A stretch of 64,000 nt of DNA from an uncultured Rhizobium sp. Lineage in GTDB: Bacteria; Pseudomonadota; Alphaproteobacteria; Rhizobiales; Rhizobiaceae. A program made the position numbers and the translations under genes. The DNA is taken from positions 3,695 through 67,694 of the forward strand of contig CAMFIF010000020.1 of NCBI GenBank assembly GCA_945952415.1. Direction: 5' to 3'. Numbering within the stretch: position 1 is the first letter of the stretch; each line of letters begins with the position of its first letter. The notes under the pieces were generated by a model. It was given only the letters and a program-made list of their open reading frames with translations. It did no database searches and was not told the DNA's origin. Below, in pieces: positions 10,164-20,389 of the stretch.

Positions 10164-10706
10164 TCAGAGGCCGGCGCCGCCGAGAACGGTCACGGCGCGG
10201 CGGTTCTGCGACCAGCAGGAAATGTCGTCGCAAACGGCGACCGGACGTTCCTTGCCGTAGGAGATGGTCTTCAGGCGGTTTGCCGGGACGCCCTTGGAAA
10301 CCAGGTAGTTCTTGGCGGCAGCGGCGCGGCGTGCACCGAGCGCCAGGTTATATTCGCGCGTGCCGCGCTCGTCGGCATGGCCTTCGACGGTGATGGCATA
10401 GTTCGGATACTGGGCAAGCCACTGGGCCTGGCGGTCAAGCGTCTGGCCGGCATCGGCGCGGATGGCGGAGCTGTCCGTATCGAAGAAGATGCGGTCGCCG
10501 ACATTGACGGTGAAGTCCTGCGGCGAGCCGGGCGTGGCAGCACCTGCACCATTGGCGCCGTTGAGGCCGAGGTCGTTGGCATTGTTCGGCAGGTTCTTCT
10601 TGGAGGCGCAGCCTGCAAGCGTCAGCGAAAGGGCAAGCGCAATCATGACCGGATTGCGTGCGAGGGTCTGCAGGCGGCTGGTCGCCGGGGATGTGGTGCG
10701 GCTCAT
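10164..10706 (-). CDS. pal: peptidoglycan-associated lipoprotein Pal
   Basis: Lipobox LTLAGCASKK and an OmpA-like domain (FFDTDSSAIR...EGHADERGTREYNLALGARRA). Confidence 0.93.
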   Translation of the reverse strand: MSRTTSPATSRLQTLARNPVMIALALSLTLAGCASKKNLPNNANDLGLNGANGAGAATPGSPQDFTVNVGDRIFFDTDSSAIRADAGQTLDRQAQWLAQYPNYAITVEGHADERGTREYNLALGARRAAAAKNYLVSKGVPANRLKTISYGKERPVAVCDDISCWSQNRRAVTVLGGAGL

Positions 10707-10849
10707 CGGCCTAGTCTCCTTGAACTTTCAATTAGCGTTGCCAGACCCTAACGATTTGCAGTTAACGGGTGCTCAACGCCTATGGTTAACAAATCGTCAA
10801 ATTTCCGATGTTTGGGCCCTCATTGACCCCGAATGAGGCAAGAAAGAGG

Positions 10850-10882
10850 CGCAAATGAGAAAGGGAGGGCAATGCCCTCCCC
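10850..10882 (-). terminator. hairpin terminator after tolB
   Basis: Stem GGGAGGGCA / TGCCCTCCC, followed on the minus strand by TTTCTCATTT. Confidence 0.55.
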
Positions 10883-10897
10883 CATCCGCAATCCTGA

Positions 10898-12202
10898 CTA
10901 TTCGAGAAGCGGCGACCAGGCAGGGTCGGAAGCGAAGGCGGGTGTCTTGATCAGCTGTTCGTTATAACCGGTCAGGTCGATCGAATAGAGCTGCGGACCG
11001 CCGGCCCCGGCAGCCTGGCGGAAGAACATCAGCACGCGGCCGTTCGGCGCCCAAGTGGGGCCTTCATTATGGAAGCCGGTGGTCAGGATGCGCTCGCCCG
11101 AGCCATCGGGCTTCATCACACCGATAGAGAACTTGCCGCCCGCCTGCTTGGTGAAGGCGATGAGATCGCCGCGCGGCGACCAGACCGGCGTGGAATAGGA
11201 GCCGTCGCCGAAGGAGATGCGGGTCTGGCCCGAACCGTCGGCACCCATGACATAGAGCTGCTGCTTGCCGCCCCGGTCGCTTTCGAAAACGATACGGCTG
11301 CCGTCGGGCGAATAGGACGGCGACGTATCGATGGCCGCCGTGGAGGTCAGGCGCGTCGTGGTGCGCGAGCGCAGATCCATCGTGTAGATATTGGCATTGC
11401 CTTCCTGCTGGAGGCTCATGATCACCCGCTGGCCATCCGGCGAGAAGCGCGGCGAGAAGGTCATGCCCGGGAAATTGCCGACCATCTCGCGCTGCCCGGT
11501 CTCCAGCTGGAGGAGATAGACGCGCGGCTGGTTGTTTTCGAAGGACATGTAGGTGATTTCCTGCTTGCTCGGCGAGAAGCGGGGCGTCAGCACGATGTCG
11601 TTGGAATTGGTGAGCGTGCGGACGTTGAAGCCGTCCTGGTCCATGATCGCAAGCTGGCGCTTGCGGTCCGTCTTCGGGCCGCTTTCGGACACGAAGACCA
11701 CGCGGGTATCGAAATAGCCATCCTCACCGGTGATCTGCTTATAGACCGCATCGGCGATGATGTGGGCCACGCGGCGCCAGTTTTCCGGCTGGGTGAAGAA
11801 CTGCTGGCCCACCATCTGGGTCTGGCCGAACGTATCCCACAGGCGGAATTCGGCGCGCAGGCGGCCATCGCCTTCCTGCGTCACGCGGCCGGTCACCAGC
11901 GCCTGGGCATTGATGGCCTTCCAGTCCTCGAAGCGCGGCTGCGCATCCGGATTGCTGATCTTCTCGATGAAGGCCGCCTTGTCGATCGGCGCGAACAGGC
12001 CGGAACGCTTGAGGTCCGCGGCAATGACCGCCGAGATCTGCGGGCCCAGATTGCCGTTCGACATGAAATCGGAAATGGCGATCGGCAGCGGCTCCGCACG
12101 GCCGCCGCGAATGTTGATCCGGACTTCAGCGAATACCGACGGCGCGGCCGCCACCAGCACGAGAAGCGCCATGACGCATCTCTTGATAACAAGTTTCATC
12201 AT
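10898..12202 (-). CDS. tolB: Tol-Pal system beta-propeller protein TolB
   Basis: Signal peptide followed by repeated PxFSPDG / [12 protein letters not shown] / PVWSPRGD / PTWAPNGR propeller motifs. Confidence 0.94.
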   Translation of the reverse strand: MMKLVIKRCVMALLVLVAAAPSVFAEVRINIRGGRAEPLPIAISDFMSNGNLGPQISAVIAADLKRSGLFAPIDKAAFIEKISNPDAQPRFEDWKAINAQALVTGRVTQEGDGRLRAEFRLWDTFGQTQMVGQQFFTQPENWRRVAHIIADAVYKQITGEDGYFDTRVVFVSESGPKTDRKRQLAIMDQDGFNVRTLTNSNDIVLTPRFSPSKQEITYMSFENNQPRVYLLQLETGQREMVGNFPGMTFSPRFSPDGQRVIMSLQQEGNANIYTMDLRSRTTTRLTSTAAIDTSPSYSPDGSRIVFESDRGGKQQLYVMGADGSGQTRISFGDGSYSTPVWSPRGDLIAFTKQAGGKFSIGVMKPDGSGERILTTGFHNEGPTWAPNGRVLMFFRQAAGAGGPQLYSIDLTGYNEQLIKTPAFASDPAWSPLLE

Positions 12203-12319
12203 CGTCCATCAGCCTTTCAGCATGTTCGTTTCCCGCCGCCGGCAAGGCGGGGGCCGGGAAACGCCCTTGTCGTTCAAACCATGCCCGTTTCCGGGCCAAA
12301 CTTCCTGCTCCCCCACTTC

Positions 12320-13446
12320 TCAGCCGCCGAGATCGGCCACCGTGAAGCTGGCAATGACATCCTTCCAGGTGTCGTATTTCTCCGGCGGCAGCCCCTGGAA
12401 GGGCGTCGCCTTGCGAATGGCGCGCTTGGCGGCCGAAAGCAGCGCCTGCTGGGTGGAAGGCGGCCCGCCGGTCGCGGTCGCCTCGATATCGCCCACCACA
12501 TTGCCGCTCTCGTCCAGCGAGAAGCGCACCTCGATCACCACGTCCTCGGCTCCCTCGAGGCCGGCCGTATAGGTCCATTTGTCGGTAATCTGGCCGCGCA
12601 GGCCATCCAGTTCAGACTGCGACAGCTTTTCGCCACCCGTGGTCTTCTTGCCGCCGAAAGCCTTTTCGCCGGAGGAACGCTTGGCACCGTCCGCCTGCGC
12701 ATCGGTCTTGTTCAGAAGATCGGCGATCTGGTCGGCATTGAAGTCCGAATCCTGCGAAGCGACGGATTTGGATTTCTCCTGCTTGGTATCGGCCTTCTTC
12801 TTGTCCGAAGTCTTCGGCTTTTCCTTCGCGTCGGCGGTCTTGGTTTCCGTGGGCTTCTTTTCCGGCTGCTTGGGCTTCTCCACCTTCGGCTTCTGGGCGG
12901 GCACCGGCACATTTTCCGGCATCGCCTGCTCTTCGGGCTTCGGTTCAGCGGGCTTTGTCTCTTCCGGCTTGGTTTCGGCCGGCTTCTCCACGGGCTTTGC
13001 CTCTTCCGGCTTCGGCTCGGGCTTCGGCGTCGGATCGGTCACGTCCGTCTCTTCCTTGGCGACCTCCTTCACCTCGTTCGGCTTGTCCTCGGGCTCGGGC
13101 GTGGGCTTTTCGGTCGGCTTCGGTGCGGCGGCCGATTCCGTCTTCGAAGGTTTTTCGACGGGCTTCGGCGCGCTCTTCAGGTCGACGTCGTTGTCGCCGG
13201 CATTCTCGGCATTCTGAACCGTGTCGGGGCGCTTGGTCGGCACCGGCGCGGCCTTTTCCTTCACGGGCGCTTCCTTGTCCCCCTGCTGGATCTGCGTAAT
13301 GTCGGTGATCGGCACGAATTCGACCGGAAGCGACTCGGAATTGGCCATGTCGAATTCTTCGGGCGCGCCGATCTTCAACAGCGCCCAGCCCAGGAGAAGG
13401 GCATGGAGCACCGCCGAAATGACAAGACTGCGCTTCAAAAGGTCGT

Positions 13447-13450
<4 letters not shown>
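12320..13450 (-). CDS. tolA: TolA-like protein (N-terminal TM, Lys/Pro/Glu-rich linker, TolA/TonB-type C-terminal domain)
   Basis: TM segment LVISAVLHALLLGWALL, a long KPEPKPEEAKP-type linker, and its position between tolR and tolB. The GTG start overlaps the tolR stop (GTGA). Confidence 0.8.
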
Positions 13451-13899
<449 letters not shown>

Positions 13900-13926
13900 G
13901 GTCGTTACTCCCGTTCCTGGCCGTTC

Positions 13927-14646
13927 TTACTGGGCTGCCGCACGCGGCTGCAGCTTCTCGTCGATCTGGCGCGACAGGATGGCGGAGAATTCATCCGCAA
14001 AGCCTTCCATCCGCGCCGTCAGTTTGCCGGCATCGCCGGAGAACTTGTTGTAAGCAATAACTGCCGGGATAGCGGCCACCAGACCGATCGCGGTGGCGAG
14101 AAGCGCTTCGGCAATACCCGGCGCCACGACCGCAAGATTGGTGGATTTAGAACCGGCAATCGCCTGGAACGAGGTCATGATGCCCACGACCGTGCCGAAG
14201 AGGCCGATGAAGGGTGCCGCAGATCCGATGGTGGCGAGCGAGGAAAGGCGGGCTTCGAGCTGTTCGGACTCTCGCGCCAGCGTCACGTCCATCGCCCGGT
14301 CGATACGCATCTGGAGCCCGATGGGCGAGCGTGCGCCGCGCTCGAAGCTCTTCTTCCATTCGCGCATGGCGGCCACGAACATGGCGGCGAGGCCACCCGT
14401 CGGCCGCTCCGACAGGCTGCGATAGAGCTCTTCCAGCGACTGGCCCGACCAGAACACCTGCTCGAACTGGTCGAACTGGCGGCGCGCCCTTCCATAATTG
14501 ATGTATTTGTCGATCACGATGGCCCAGGTCCAGACCGAGGCACCCAAGAGACCGATCATGACCAGCTTCACGATGAAGCCTGCCTGCATGAACAGGGACC
14601 AGAGGCTTACATTCGTTGCCGCTGCCGCCAAATCAACCGTTTCCAT
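13927..14646 (-). CDS. tolQ: Tol-Pal system protein TolQ (MotA/ExbB/TolQ family)
   Basis: METVDLAAAATNVSLWSLFMQAGFIVKLVMIGLL...LATIGSAAPFIGLFGTVVGIM...APGIAEALLATAIGL. I prefer the ATG at 14646, which gives 239 aa. Confidence 0.92.
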   Translation of the reverse strand: METVDLAAAATNVSLWSLFMQAGFIVKLVMIGLLGASVWTWAIVIDKYINYGRARRQFDQFEQVFWSGQSLEELYRSLSERPTGGLAAMFVAAMREWKKSFERGARSPIGLQMRIDRAMDVTLARESEQLEARLSSLATIGSAAPFIGLFGTVVGIMTSFQAIAGSKSTNLAVVAPGIAEALLATAIGLVAAIPAVIAYNKFSGDAGKLTARMEGFADEFSAILSRQIDEKLQPRAAAQ

Positions 14647-14936
14647 CGATCTTTCACCCTCGAATCCAAACGCCCGGCACTGAGGACCGGGCGGTGTCAA
14701 AACAAAGCAATACGCTCGCTTTTGCCGCACCTTCGCCATGCTCGTGGCGCGACGGGCGGTTTGCTGCTTCTTCTGCCGCCAGAAGCGCTTTTCGGTGGTG
14801 TCAAGACCACCCTTCCCGAAAAAGCTTCTTGCTGCAAAATTTGGTTAAAGGAAGGCGCGGAGGCCGCGATTCCTTATAAAGCGAGTAAGACGCCATTATG
14901 GTTAAAAGAGTGTTAGCCCGGGCGCCCGCCCGAGCG

Positions 14937-15368
14937 TCATTCGGCCTTGCCGAGAAAACGCAAGGCCAGCGTCTCCGGCAGACGGCGCGGCCGGCCCCGC
15001 GCATTGATGACCGCGATGATGACGCGCGCGGCAATGAGCAGCTGGTCGCCCTTGCGGATTTCCTGGTTGAGGACCATCTTCGCCCCGCCTGCCTTTTCGG
15101 TGGAGGTGAGGATGGTCAGCACATCGTCCATGCGCGCCGAAGCCTTGAAGTCGATCTCCATGCGATGAACGACGAAAACGAGCCCCTCCTCGTCGGCGCT
15201 TATCAGCGCGCTCTGCTCTACGCCGAGGCAGCGCAGGTAATCGGTGCGTCCCCGCTCCAGGAAGTGGAGATAGCGGGCGTGATAGACGAGGCCGGAAAAA
15301 TCCGTGTCCTCGTAGTAGACCCGCTGGAAAAGCCGGTGGCCTTCCGCCGTCAGTTCGCCTGATAACAT
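14937..15368 (-). CDS. ybgC: Tol-Pal-associated acyl-CoA thioesterase YbgC (4HBT hotdog fold)
   Basis: VYYEDTDFSGLVYHARYLHFLERGRTDYLR. The start is uncertain: ATG 15368 or 15392, or GTG 15407. Confidence 0.85.
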   Translation of the reverse strand: MLSGELTAEGHRLFQRVYYEDTDFSGLVYHARYLHFLERGRTDYLRCLGVEQSALISADEEGLVFVVHRMEIDFKASARMDDVLTILTSTEKAGGAKMVLNQEIRKGDQLLIAARVIIAVINARGRPRRLPETLALRFLGKAE

Positions 15369-15399
15369 GGGTTGGTTTCCGCGTGAGATCATCTGTTGT

Positions 15400-15759
15400 T
15401 CAATCACTGTTTCCCCGGTGGAGATTATTTCCGAACCTATCCCTGTAGGGGATCACTTTCTGTCGCTCAAGGTAGGTTCTGCCTGCATCAAGGATTTGAA
15501 TTCCATCATCAGTCCTTTCCGCAAACCCACGGACAAAGATGCTTGTACTGGATTTCTTATGGCAAATCACATTGCCAACTATTTGAGCCCAAACGGGTTC
15601 TCCCGGACGGGTGCGAGATGGTCTAAGATCGTCCGGAGACATCGGGCGAAATCGCGGCAAATGCTCCTTTATATATGCGGTGCTGACTACACCGCTTGGC
15701 TGGTTTGCTGCTATCAGCAGCACCCAAATTCTAGCTTCTTTCTCTCTAAGCCTATACAT
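15400..15759 (-). CDS. hypothetical small winged-helix-like protein (Mrr_N-like pattern), on a low-GC islet
   Basis: ATG at 15759 is preceded by GGAGG with a 6-nt spacer. The pattern MSPDDLRPSRTRPGEPVWAQIVGNVICHKK...GFAERTDDGIQILDAGRTYLE resembles N-terminal wHTH domains of Mrr-type proteins. Local GC is clearly below that of the flanks. Confidence 0.5.
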   Translation of the reverse strand: MYRLREKEARIWVLLIAANQPSGVVSTAYIKEHLPRFRPMSPDDLRPSRTRPGEPVWAQIVGNVICHKKSSTSIFVRGFAERTDDGIQILDAGRTYLERQKVIPYRDRFGNNLHRGNSD

Positions 15760-15849
15760 GAAAAGCCTCCATATTACTGCATTTCGCAGATAGGCATTGC
15801 GAACAGGCAATTCAATATAGTCTTAATTTATTTTTTAGAATTCACAGAT

Positions 15850-16338
15850 TCACTCCGGCACCGTTTCGCGCCAGATCAGGTGCTCGCTCCGCTCCGGCAG
15901 GTTTTCGATGCGGGAGGCGATGAAATCGGGCTGGATCGGAAGCGCCGAGAGCGCATCGGCTGTCGCCCGCACCCACTGGAACTCGATCTCGTTCGGCCCG
16001 TCCACGATCCGGTGGACGATGCCCTTTTCGCGAAAGGCGAAATGCAGGGGCAGTTCCATCAGATAATAGAAGCCGAGTTCGTGATAATCGCGCTTCTCGA
16101 AATGGAAGAAATTCTCGACTGTCCAGAGCAGGCGTCCGATCCGGGCGTCAACATCGAGCTCCTCGCGCATCTCCCGCCGCAGCGTTTCCTCCGATGTCTC
16201 GCCGATCTCGCCCCGCCCGCCAGGAAAGGTCCAGAACAGCTCATGCGTCGCCCGGTGCACCAGCACATGGCCTTCGCGGAAGGCAAGGCCCGCAATACGC
16301 AGATTGAAGAGACGCGGTTTGGCGTCGATGCGGATCAT
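15850..16338 (-). CDS. NUDIX hydrolase
   Basis: NUDIX box GGRGEIGETSEETLRREMREELDV. ATG at 16338; the track start at 16353 is a TTG. Confidence 0.85.
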   Translation of the reverse strand: MIRIDAKPRLFNLRIAGLAFREGHVLVHRATHELFWTFPGGRGEIGETSEETLRREMREELDVDARIGRLLWTVENFFHFEKRDYHELGFYYLMELPLHFAFREKGIVHRIVDGPNEIEFQWVRATADALSALPIQPDFIASRIENLPERSEHLIWRETVPE

Positions 16339-16355
16339 CGTACGGTGTGCCAAGG

Positions 16356-17258
16356 TCAGCCGATCTCCAGGAGCATGATTTCCGGCCAGGCGCCGAGGCG
16401 CATGGGCACAGCCGAGCAGCCAAGCCCGCGGGAAACGACGAGATCGCCCGGCCCGCTGCGATAATGGCCGTAGAGATGGGCGAGATCATCGGGATTGTCC
16501 ACGAAGGGGGCCCAGCCGAAAAGATTGATCTGCCCGCCATGGGTATGGCCGGACAATGTCAGGCTGACCGTGTCGGGCAGGAAGGGATAGACATAGGGTT
16601 CATGGGCCATGAGCAGCACCGGCGCATCATCGTCCACCCCGCCAAGCGTCGCCGCCAGATCCTCGATCCCCACAAAGGACCGGCGCCGGAACTGCTGGCT
16701 TGGACGGTAGGCCAGCTGGTCGCCCAGCCCCGCCAGCCAGAAGGGACGACCCTGATGCCGGAGCTGCACGGCCCGATTGACATAGACGGGAATGCCCGCC
16801 GCCTCCAGAGCGGCGGCGACGCGAGACTCCCGGCTCTCGCCCGCCTGGAAGGCCGGATCGGCCCAGTAATCGTGGTTGCCGAGAATGGCATGCACGCCAA
16901 GCGGCGCCTTCAGCGTCGAAAGGGCGGCGGCGGTTTCCTGAAAGCTCGGATAGCCGGTGACCAGCTTCATGCTGGTCGCGTAGTCGCCGAGGAGAAGCAC
17001 GATGTCGGCCCCGAGACCATTGGCTTCCGCGGCAATCTCCGCAATCCGCTCCGGTCCCATCCAGGGCATGCAGGCGTGAATATCCGAAAGCACCACGGCG
17101 CGCAGCTTGAGCCCCGGCGTCCAGCGCGCCGGCGTGATCGCCAGACGGGTGACCCGGGGCTTGCCCAGCGCCTCGGCGCCGGTTGCATAGCTCATCACCG
17201 CAAGACCCGTAAACCAGGCGCTTGCCATGAGCTTCAGGAGCCCGCGCCGTGTGATCAT
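16356..17258 (-). CDS. metallophosphoesterase (YaeI-like) with Tat-like signal
   Basis: [10 protein letters not shown] signal, then LSDIHA, LLLGDYA, GNHDYW and SGHTHGGQ motifs. The start overlaps the ruvB stop (ATGA). Confidence 0.85.
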   Translation of the reverse strand: MITRRGLLKLMASAWFTGLAVMSYATGAEALGKPRVTRLAITPARWTPGLKLRAVVLSDIHACMPWMGPERIAEIAAEANGLGADIVLLLGDYATSMKLVTGYPSFQETAAALSTLKAPLGVHAILGNHDYWADPAFQAGESRESRVAAALEAAGIPVYVNRAVQLRHQGRPFWLAGLGDQLAYRPSQQFRRRSFVGIEDLAATLGGVDDDAPVLLMAHEPYVYPFLPDTVSLTLSGHTHGGQINLFGWAPFVDNPDDLAHLYGHYRSGPGDLVVSRGLGCSAVPMRLGAWPEIMLLEIG

Positions 17259-18298
17259 TCGCTATCGTCCTGGAAGAGGCGGAACTGCGCAGCCTCCATG
17301 TCCTTCGGCGGCACGAGGCCCAGATGCTTCCAGGCGCTTGCGGTCAGTACCCGGCCGCGCGGCGTGCGCTGGATCAGCCCCTGCTGGATCATGTAGGGCT
17401 CGATGATATCCTCGATCGCATCGCGCGGTTCGGATAGCCCCGCGGCAATGGTTTCGATGCCGACGGGTCCGCCGCCGAAATTGACCGCGATCATCGTCAG
17501 ATAGCGCTTGTCCAGCTGGTCGAGCCCGATATTGTCCACCAGAAGACGGGTCAGCGCCTCGTCGGCGATCTCCCGGGTCACGGCTTCCGCACGCGCCACT
17601 TCGGCAAAATCGCGCACCCGGCGCAGCAGGCGGCCGGCGATACGCGGCGTTCCCCGGGCGCGCCGGGCAATTTCCCGCGCGCCCTCGTCGGTCATCGGCA
17701 GGTTCATCAGCCGCGCCCCCCGCCGGACGATCAGCTCCAGCTCCTCGACCGTGTAGAAATTCAGCCGCACGGGAATGCCGAAACGGTCACGCAGCGGCGT
17801 GGTCAAAAGGCCAAGGCGCGTGGTGGCGGCAACCAGCGTGAACTTGGAAAGATCGATCTTCACCGACCGCGCCGCCGGCCCCTCGCCGATGATCAGGTCG
17901 AGCTGGAAATCCTCCATGGCCGGATAGAGGATTTCCTCCACCGCCGGATTGAGCCGGTGGATTTCATCGATGAAGAGCACGTCGCGCTCCTCGAGATTGG
18001 TGAGCAGCGCCGCAAGATCACCCGCCTTCGCAATGACGGGACCGGAGGTGGAGCGAAAATTGACGCCGAGCTCCTTCGCCATGATCTGCGCCAGCGTCGT
18101 CTTGCCGAGGCCGGGCGGGCCGACGAACAGCACATGATCGAGTGCCTCGCCGCGATTTTTCGCCGCCTCGATGAAGATCTTCAGATTGGCGCGCGCCTCC
18201 GCCTGCCCGGTGAAATCATCGAGCGTCTGCGGGCGCAGCGCGGTATCGAGATCCTCGCCACGCTTTTCGGGAGACAGAAGTCGGTTTTGTTCGATCAC
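17255..18298 (-). CDS. ruvB: Holliday junction branch migration helicase RuvB
   Basis: Walker [12 protein letters not shown], Walker [10 protein letters not shown] and [13 protein letters not shown]. The GTG at 18296-18298 gives an N-terminus ([18 protein letters not shown]) of the same length as the rhizobial RuvB I recall. It overlaps the vapC TGA. Confidence 0.93.
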   Translation of the reverse strand: MIEQNRLLSPEKRGEDLDTALRPQTLDDFTGQAEARANLKIFIEAAKNRGEALDHVLFVGPPGLGKTTLAQIMAKELGVNFRSTSGPVIAKAGDLAALLTNLEERDVLFIDEIHRLNPAVEEILYPAMEDFQLDLIIGEGPAARSVKIDLSKFTLVAATTRLGLLTTPLRDRFGIPVRLNFYTVEELELIVRRGARLMNLPMTDEGAREIARRARGTPRIAGRLLRRVRDFAEVARAEAVTREIADEALTRLLVDNIGLDQLDKRYLTMIAVNFGGGPVGIETIAAGLSEPRDAIEDIIEPYMIQQGLIQRTPRGRVLTASAWKHLGLVPPKDMEAAQFRLFQDDSE

Positions 18299-18693
18299 GT
18301 CAGAAGTTCCATTCCGGGTATGTGCTGGGCGGCTTTCCGGTCGAAGGTCATGGTCACGCTGCATCCCGCCTCGCCGTTGCGAAGCGCAATCAGAAGATCC
18401 GGCAGCTCACCGGAGAGCCCCGCGGCCCGATCCACGGCGATTTCCACCAGCGCCTCGTCTTCAAGCACGATATCGCGCGATTCCAGGAGGCCGGAGACGA
18501 TATCCAGGATGCGCTCGCGCGAGATGGCATAGCGTTTCCGCAACGTCCAGATAAGCTCGATCAGGGTAATGACATTGACATAGCCGGGACGAGCCTCGCT
18601 CAACGTTTCCACAAGGCGCCGCGCACTTTCCCCCTGGCTGGCGTCGTCAGCAAGATAAAGCCGCAACAGGACATTGGTATCGAGGCCGATCAT
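18295..18693 (-). CDS. vapC: type II toxin VapC (PIN-domain ribonuclease)
   Basis: [12 protein letters not shown] carries the first PIN acidic residue, followed by LIELIW and LPDLLIA. The ATG overlaps the vapB stop (ATGA). Confidence 0.85.
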   Translation of the reverse strand: MIGLDTNVLLRLYLADDASQGESARRLVETLSEARPGYVNVITLIELIWTLRKRYAISRERILDIVSGLLESRDIVLEDEALVEIAVDRAAGLSGELPDLLIALRNGEAGCSVTMTFDRKAAQHIPGMELLT

Positions 18694-18950
18694 GGTTCTT
18701 CCACGACATGTGCCGCAACCGACTGGCCGATGGCATCTTCAAGTTCTTCGGTGGAAAGGGGAGACCTTGCCGCATCCTGCAATATCCCGGCAAATTCGGC
18801 GGCCCGCCGGTTCTTCGCCTTGATGACGATTTCATCGCCCCGCCGGATATAGCGGATCTTGTCCCCGGGTTTCAGCCCGAGAAACTCCCGCACCTCCGCC
18901 GGTACCGTCGTCTGTCCCTTGGATGTCAGCGTTCCAACCGATAGATTCAT
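18690..18950 (-). CDS. vapB: type II antitoxin VapB (AbrB/SpoVT-MazE fold)
   Basis: TLTSKGQTTVPAEVREFLGLKPGDKIRYI is a swapped-hairpin AbrB-type DNA-binding motif. 86 aa, located upstream of the PIN gene. Confidence 0.85.
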   Translation of the reverse strand: MNLSVGTLTSKGQTTVPAEVREFLGLKPGDKIRYIRRGDEIVIKAKNRRAAEFAGILQDAARSPLSTEELEDAIGQSVAAHVVEEP

Positions 18951-18952
18951 CT

Positions 18953-18990
18953 CGCAGTTCCTTACAAATCGAGATTAGTAAGGAACTGCG
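18953..18990. promoter_or_regulatory. 13-bp perfect inverted repeat immediately upstream of vapB (candidate operator or RBS-sequestering hairpin)
   Basis: CGCAGTTCCTTAC (18953-18965) and GTAAGGAACTGCG (18978-18990) with a 12-nt loop. One arm contains the AAGGA Shine-Dalgarno of vapB. Confidence 0.6.
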
Positions 18991-19004
18991 TCGAAAACAA
19001 GGAA

Positions 19005-19625
19005 TCACCCACGGGAGAGTTCCTTGAGACCGAGCCGGATGAGCTTGGCACTGTCGGCGCCCTCGCCGCCATTCTTGAGCGCAGCGGCAATGGCATTGGC
19101 CGCCTGATCGCGGCTGTAGCCGAGATTGGTGAGCGCGGAGACCGCATCGGCGACCGGCGCGGAGGCAACGCCCTCGCCGAGCTCCTGCTTGAAGCCGATC
19201 GTCTGGCCGGCATCGCCGGCAAAGGCAGGCGCCTTGTTCTTGAGTTCGGTCATCACGCGGATGGCGACCTTGGGACCCACGCCAGGCGCTCGGGAGATCG
19301 CCGCCTTGTCCTGCAGCGCGATGGCATTGGCAAGGTCCGACGGTGTAAGCGTGGAAAGGACGGAAAGAGCAACCTTCGAGCCCACGCCCTGGACGCTTTG
19401 CAGCAGGTTGAACCACTCCCGCTCCAGCGCGCTCAGGAAGCCGAAAAGCTTCAGCTGGTCCTCCCGCACATAGGTTTCGATGAAAAGCACCACCGCCTCG
19501 CCGGGCGAGCCGATGCGCGAGAGCGTGCGCGAGGAGCAATGGGCGACGTAACAGACGCCATGCACGTCCACCAGTACATGGTCGTCGCCGATCTCCTCGA
19601 TGGTTCCCTTGAGTTTGCCGATCAT
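19005..19625 (-). CDS. ruvA: Holliday junction DNA helicase subunit RuvA
   Basis: [26 protein letters not shown]...[17 protein letters not shown]...[12 protein letters not shown] (HhH motifs). Confidence 0.94.
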   Translation of the reverse strand: MIGKLKGTIEEIGDDHVLVDVHGVCYVAHCSSRTLSRIGSPGEAVVLFIETYVREDQLKLFGFLSALEREWFNLLQSVQGVGSKVALSVLSTLTPSDLANAIALQDKAAISRAPGVGPKVAIRVMTELKNKAPAFAGDAGQTIGFKQELGEGVASAPVADAVSALTNLGYSRDQAANAIAAALKNGGEGADSAKLIRLGLKELSRG

Positions 19626-19629
19626 CCCC

Positions 19630-20145
19630 TCACCCCTTCATCGCCATGACCTGACGGAGCTTCTGCCCGCCGCGCTGATGCGCATGGCAAATGGCAATGG
19701 CCAACGCATCGGCCGCATCGTTACCGGTAAAGGTGGCCTTGGGCATCAGGATCTTCAGCATCATGTGGATCTGCTGCTTTTCGCCATGCCCCACCCCGAT
19801 CACGGCCTTCTTCACCGCATTGGGCGCATATTCGGAAACGGGCAGCCCCGCCCGCGCCGGCACCAGCATGGCCACCCCGCGCGCCTGGCCAAGCTTCAGC
19901 GTCGCCACCGCATCCTTGTTGACGAAGGTCTGCTCCACGGCCGCCTCATCCGGGCGATAGGCATGCACCACCTCCGCCAGGCCGTCATGCAACTGGCAGA
20001 GACGCGAGGCAAGATCGCTATCACCATCGGAGGTTACAGTGCCCGATGCCACGAATTTCAGGGAATTGCCCAGGCTCTCGATGATGCCCCAGCCGGTGCG
20101 CCGCAAGCCCGGGTCGATGCCGATGATACGAATCGTTTCCTGCAT
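19630..20145 (-). CDS. ruvC: crossover junction endodeoxyribonuclease RuvC
   Basis: [18 protein letters not shown]...[12 protein letters not shown]...[13 protein letters not shown]. Confidence 0.94.
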   Translation of the reverse strand: MQETIRIIGIDPGLRRTGWGIIESLGNSLKFVASGTVTSDGDSDLASRLCQLHDGLAEVVHAYRPDEAAVEQTFVNKDAVATLKLGQARGVAMLVPARAGLPVSEYAPNAVKKAVIGVGHGEKQQIHMMLKILMPKATFTGNDAADALAIAICHAHQRGGQKLRQVMAMKG

Positions 20146-20389
20146 GTCTGACCTTATCGTCTTTCAGTTGAAAGAGACCAGCGAAAAGTGAACAAAACAA
20201 AAACGTCTACGGAATAATACTTATTCTTTACTCCCAATTAAGGGAGCGGCCCCAACATGGGCCATCTTTGCCCGAGTGCAGCAACATGACGGTTGCCGGT
20301 CGAGAGTACCGACGGGTCTGCTCAACAAATCGAACGCGCGGCTGGGCGCTTTGCTTCCGGTTCGTATGGGTTCAAACGCGGGTATCGAC

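Noticed and set aside
12700-13150. Highly repetitive DNA (KPE/KPA-coding periodicity), which could be mistaken for a tandem-repeat or CRISPR-like array.
   Set aside because: It is the in-frame Lys/Pro/Glu-rich linker of TolA. The repeats are short, imperfect and coding, with no spacer/repeat architecture.
14902-14916. TTAA-N7-TTAG near-matches to the CtrA box, here between ybgC and tolQ and also at 25114-25128 and 36403-36417.
   Set aside because: Each has only one perfect half-site. Such near-matches are much more frequent by chance than the three perfect boxes reported as features. They are mentioned only as context in the related findings.
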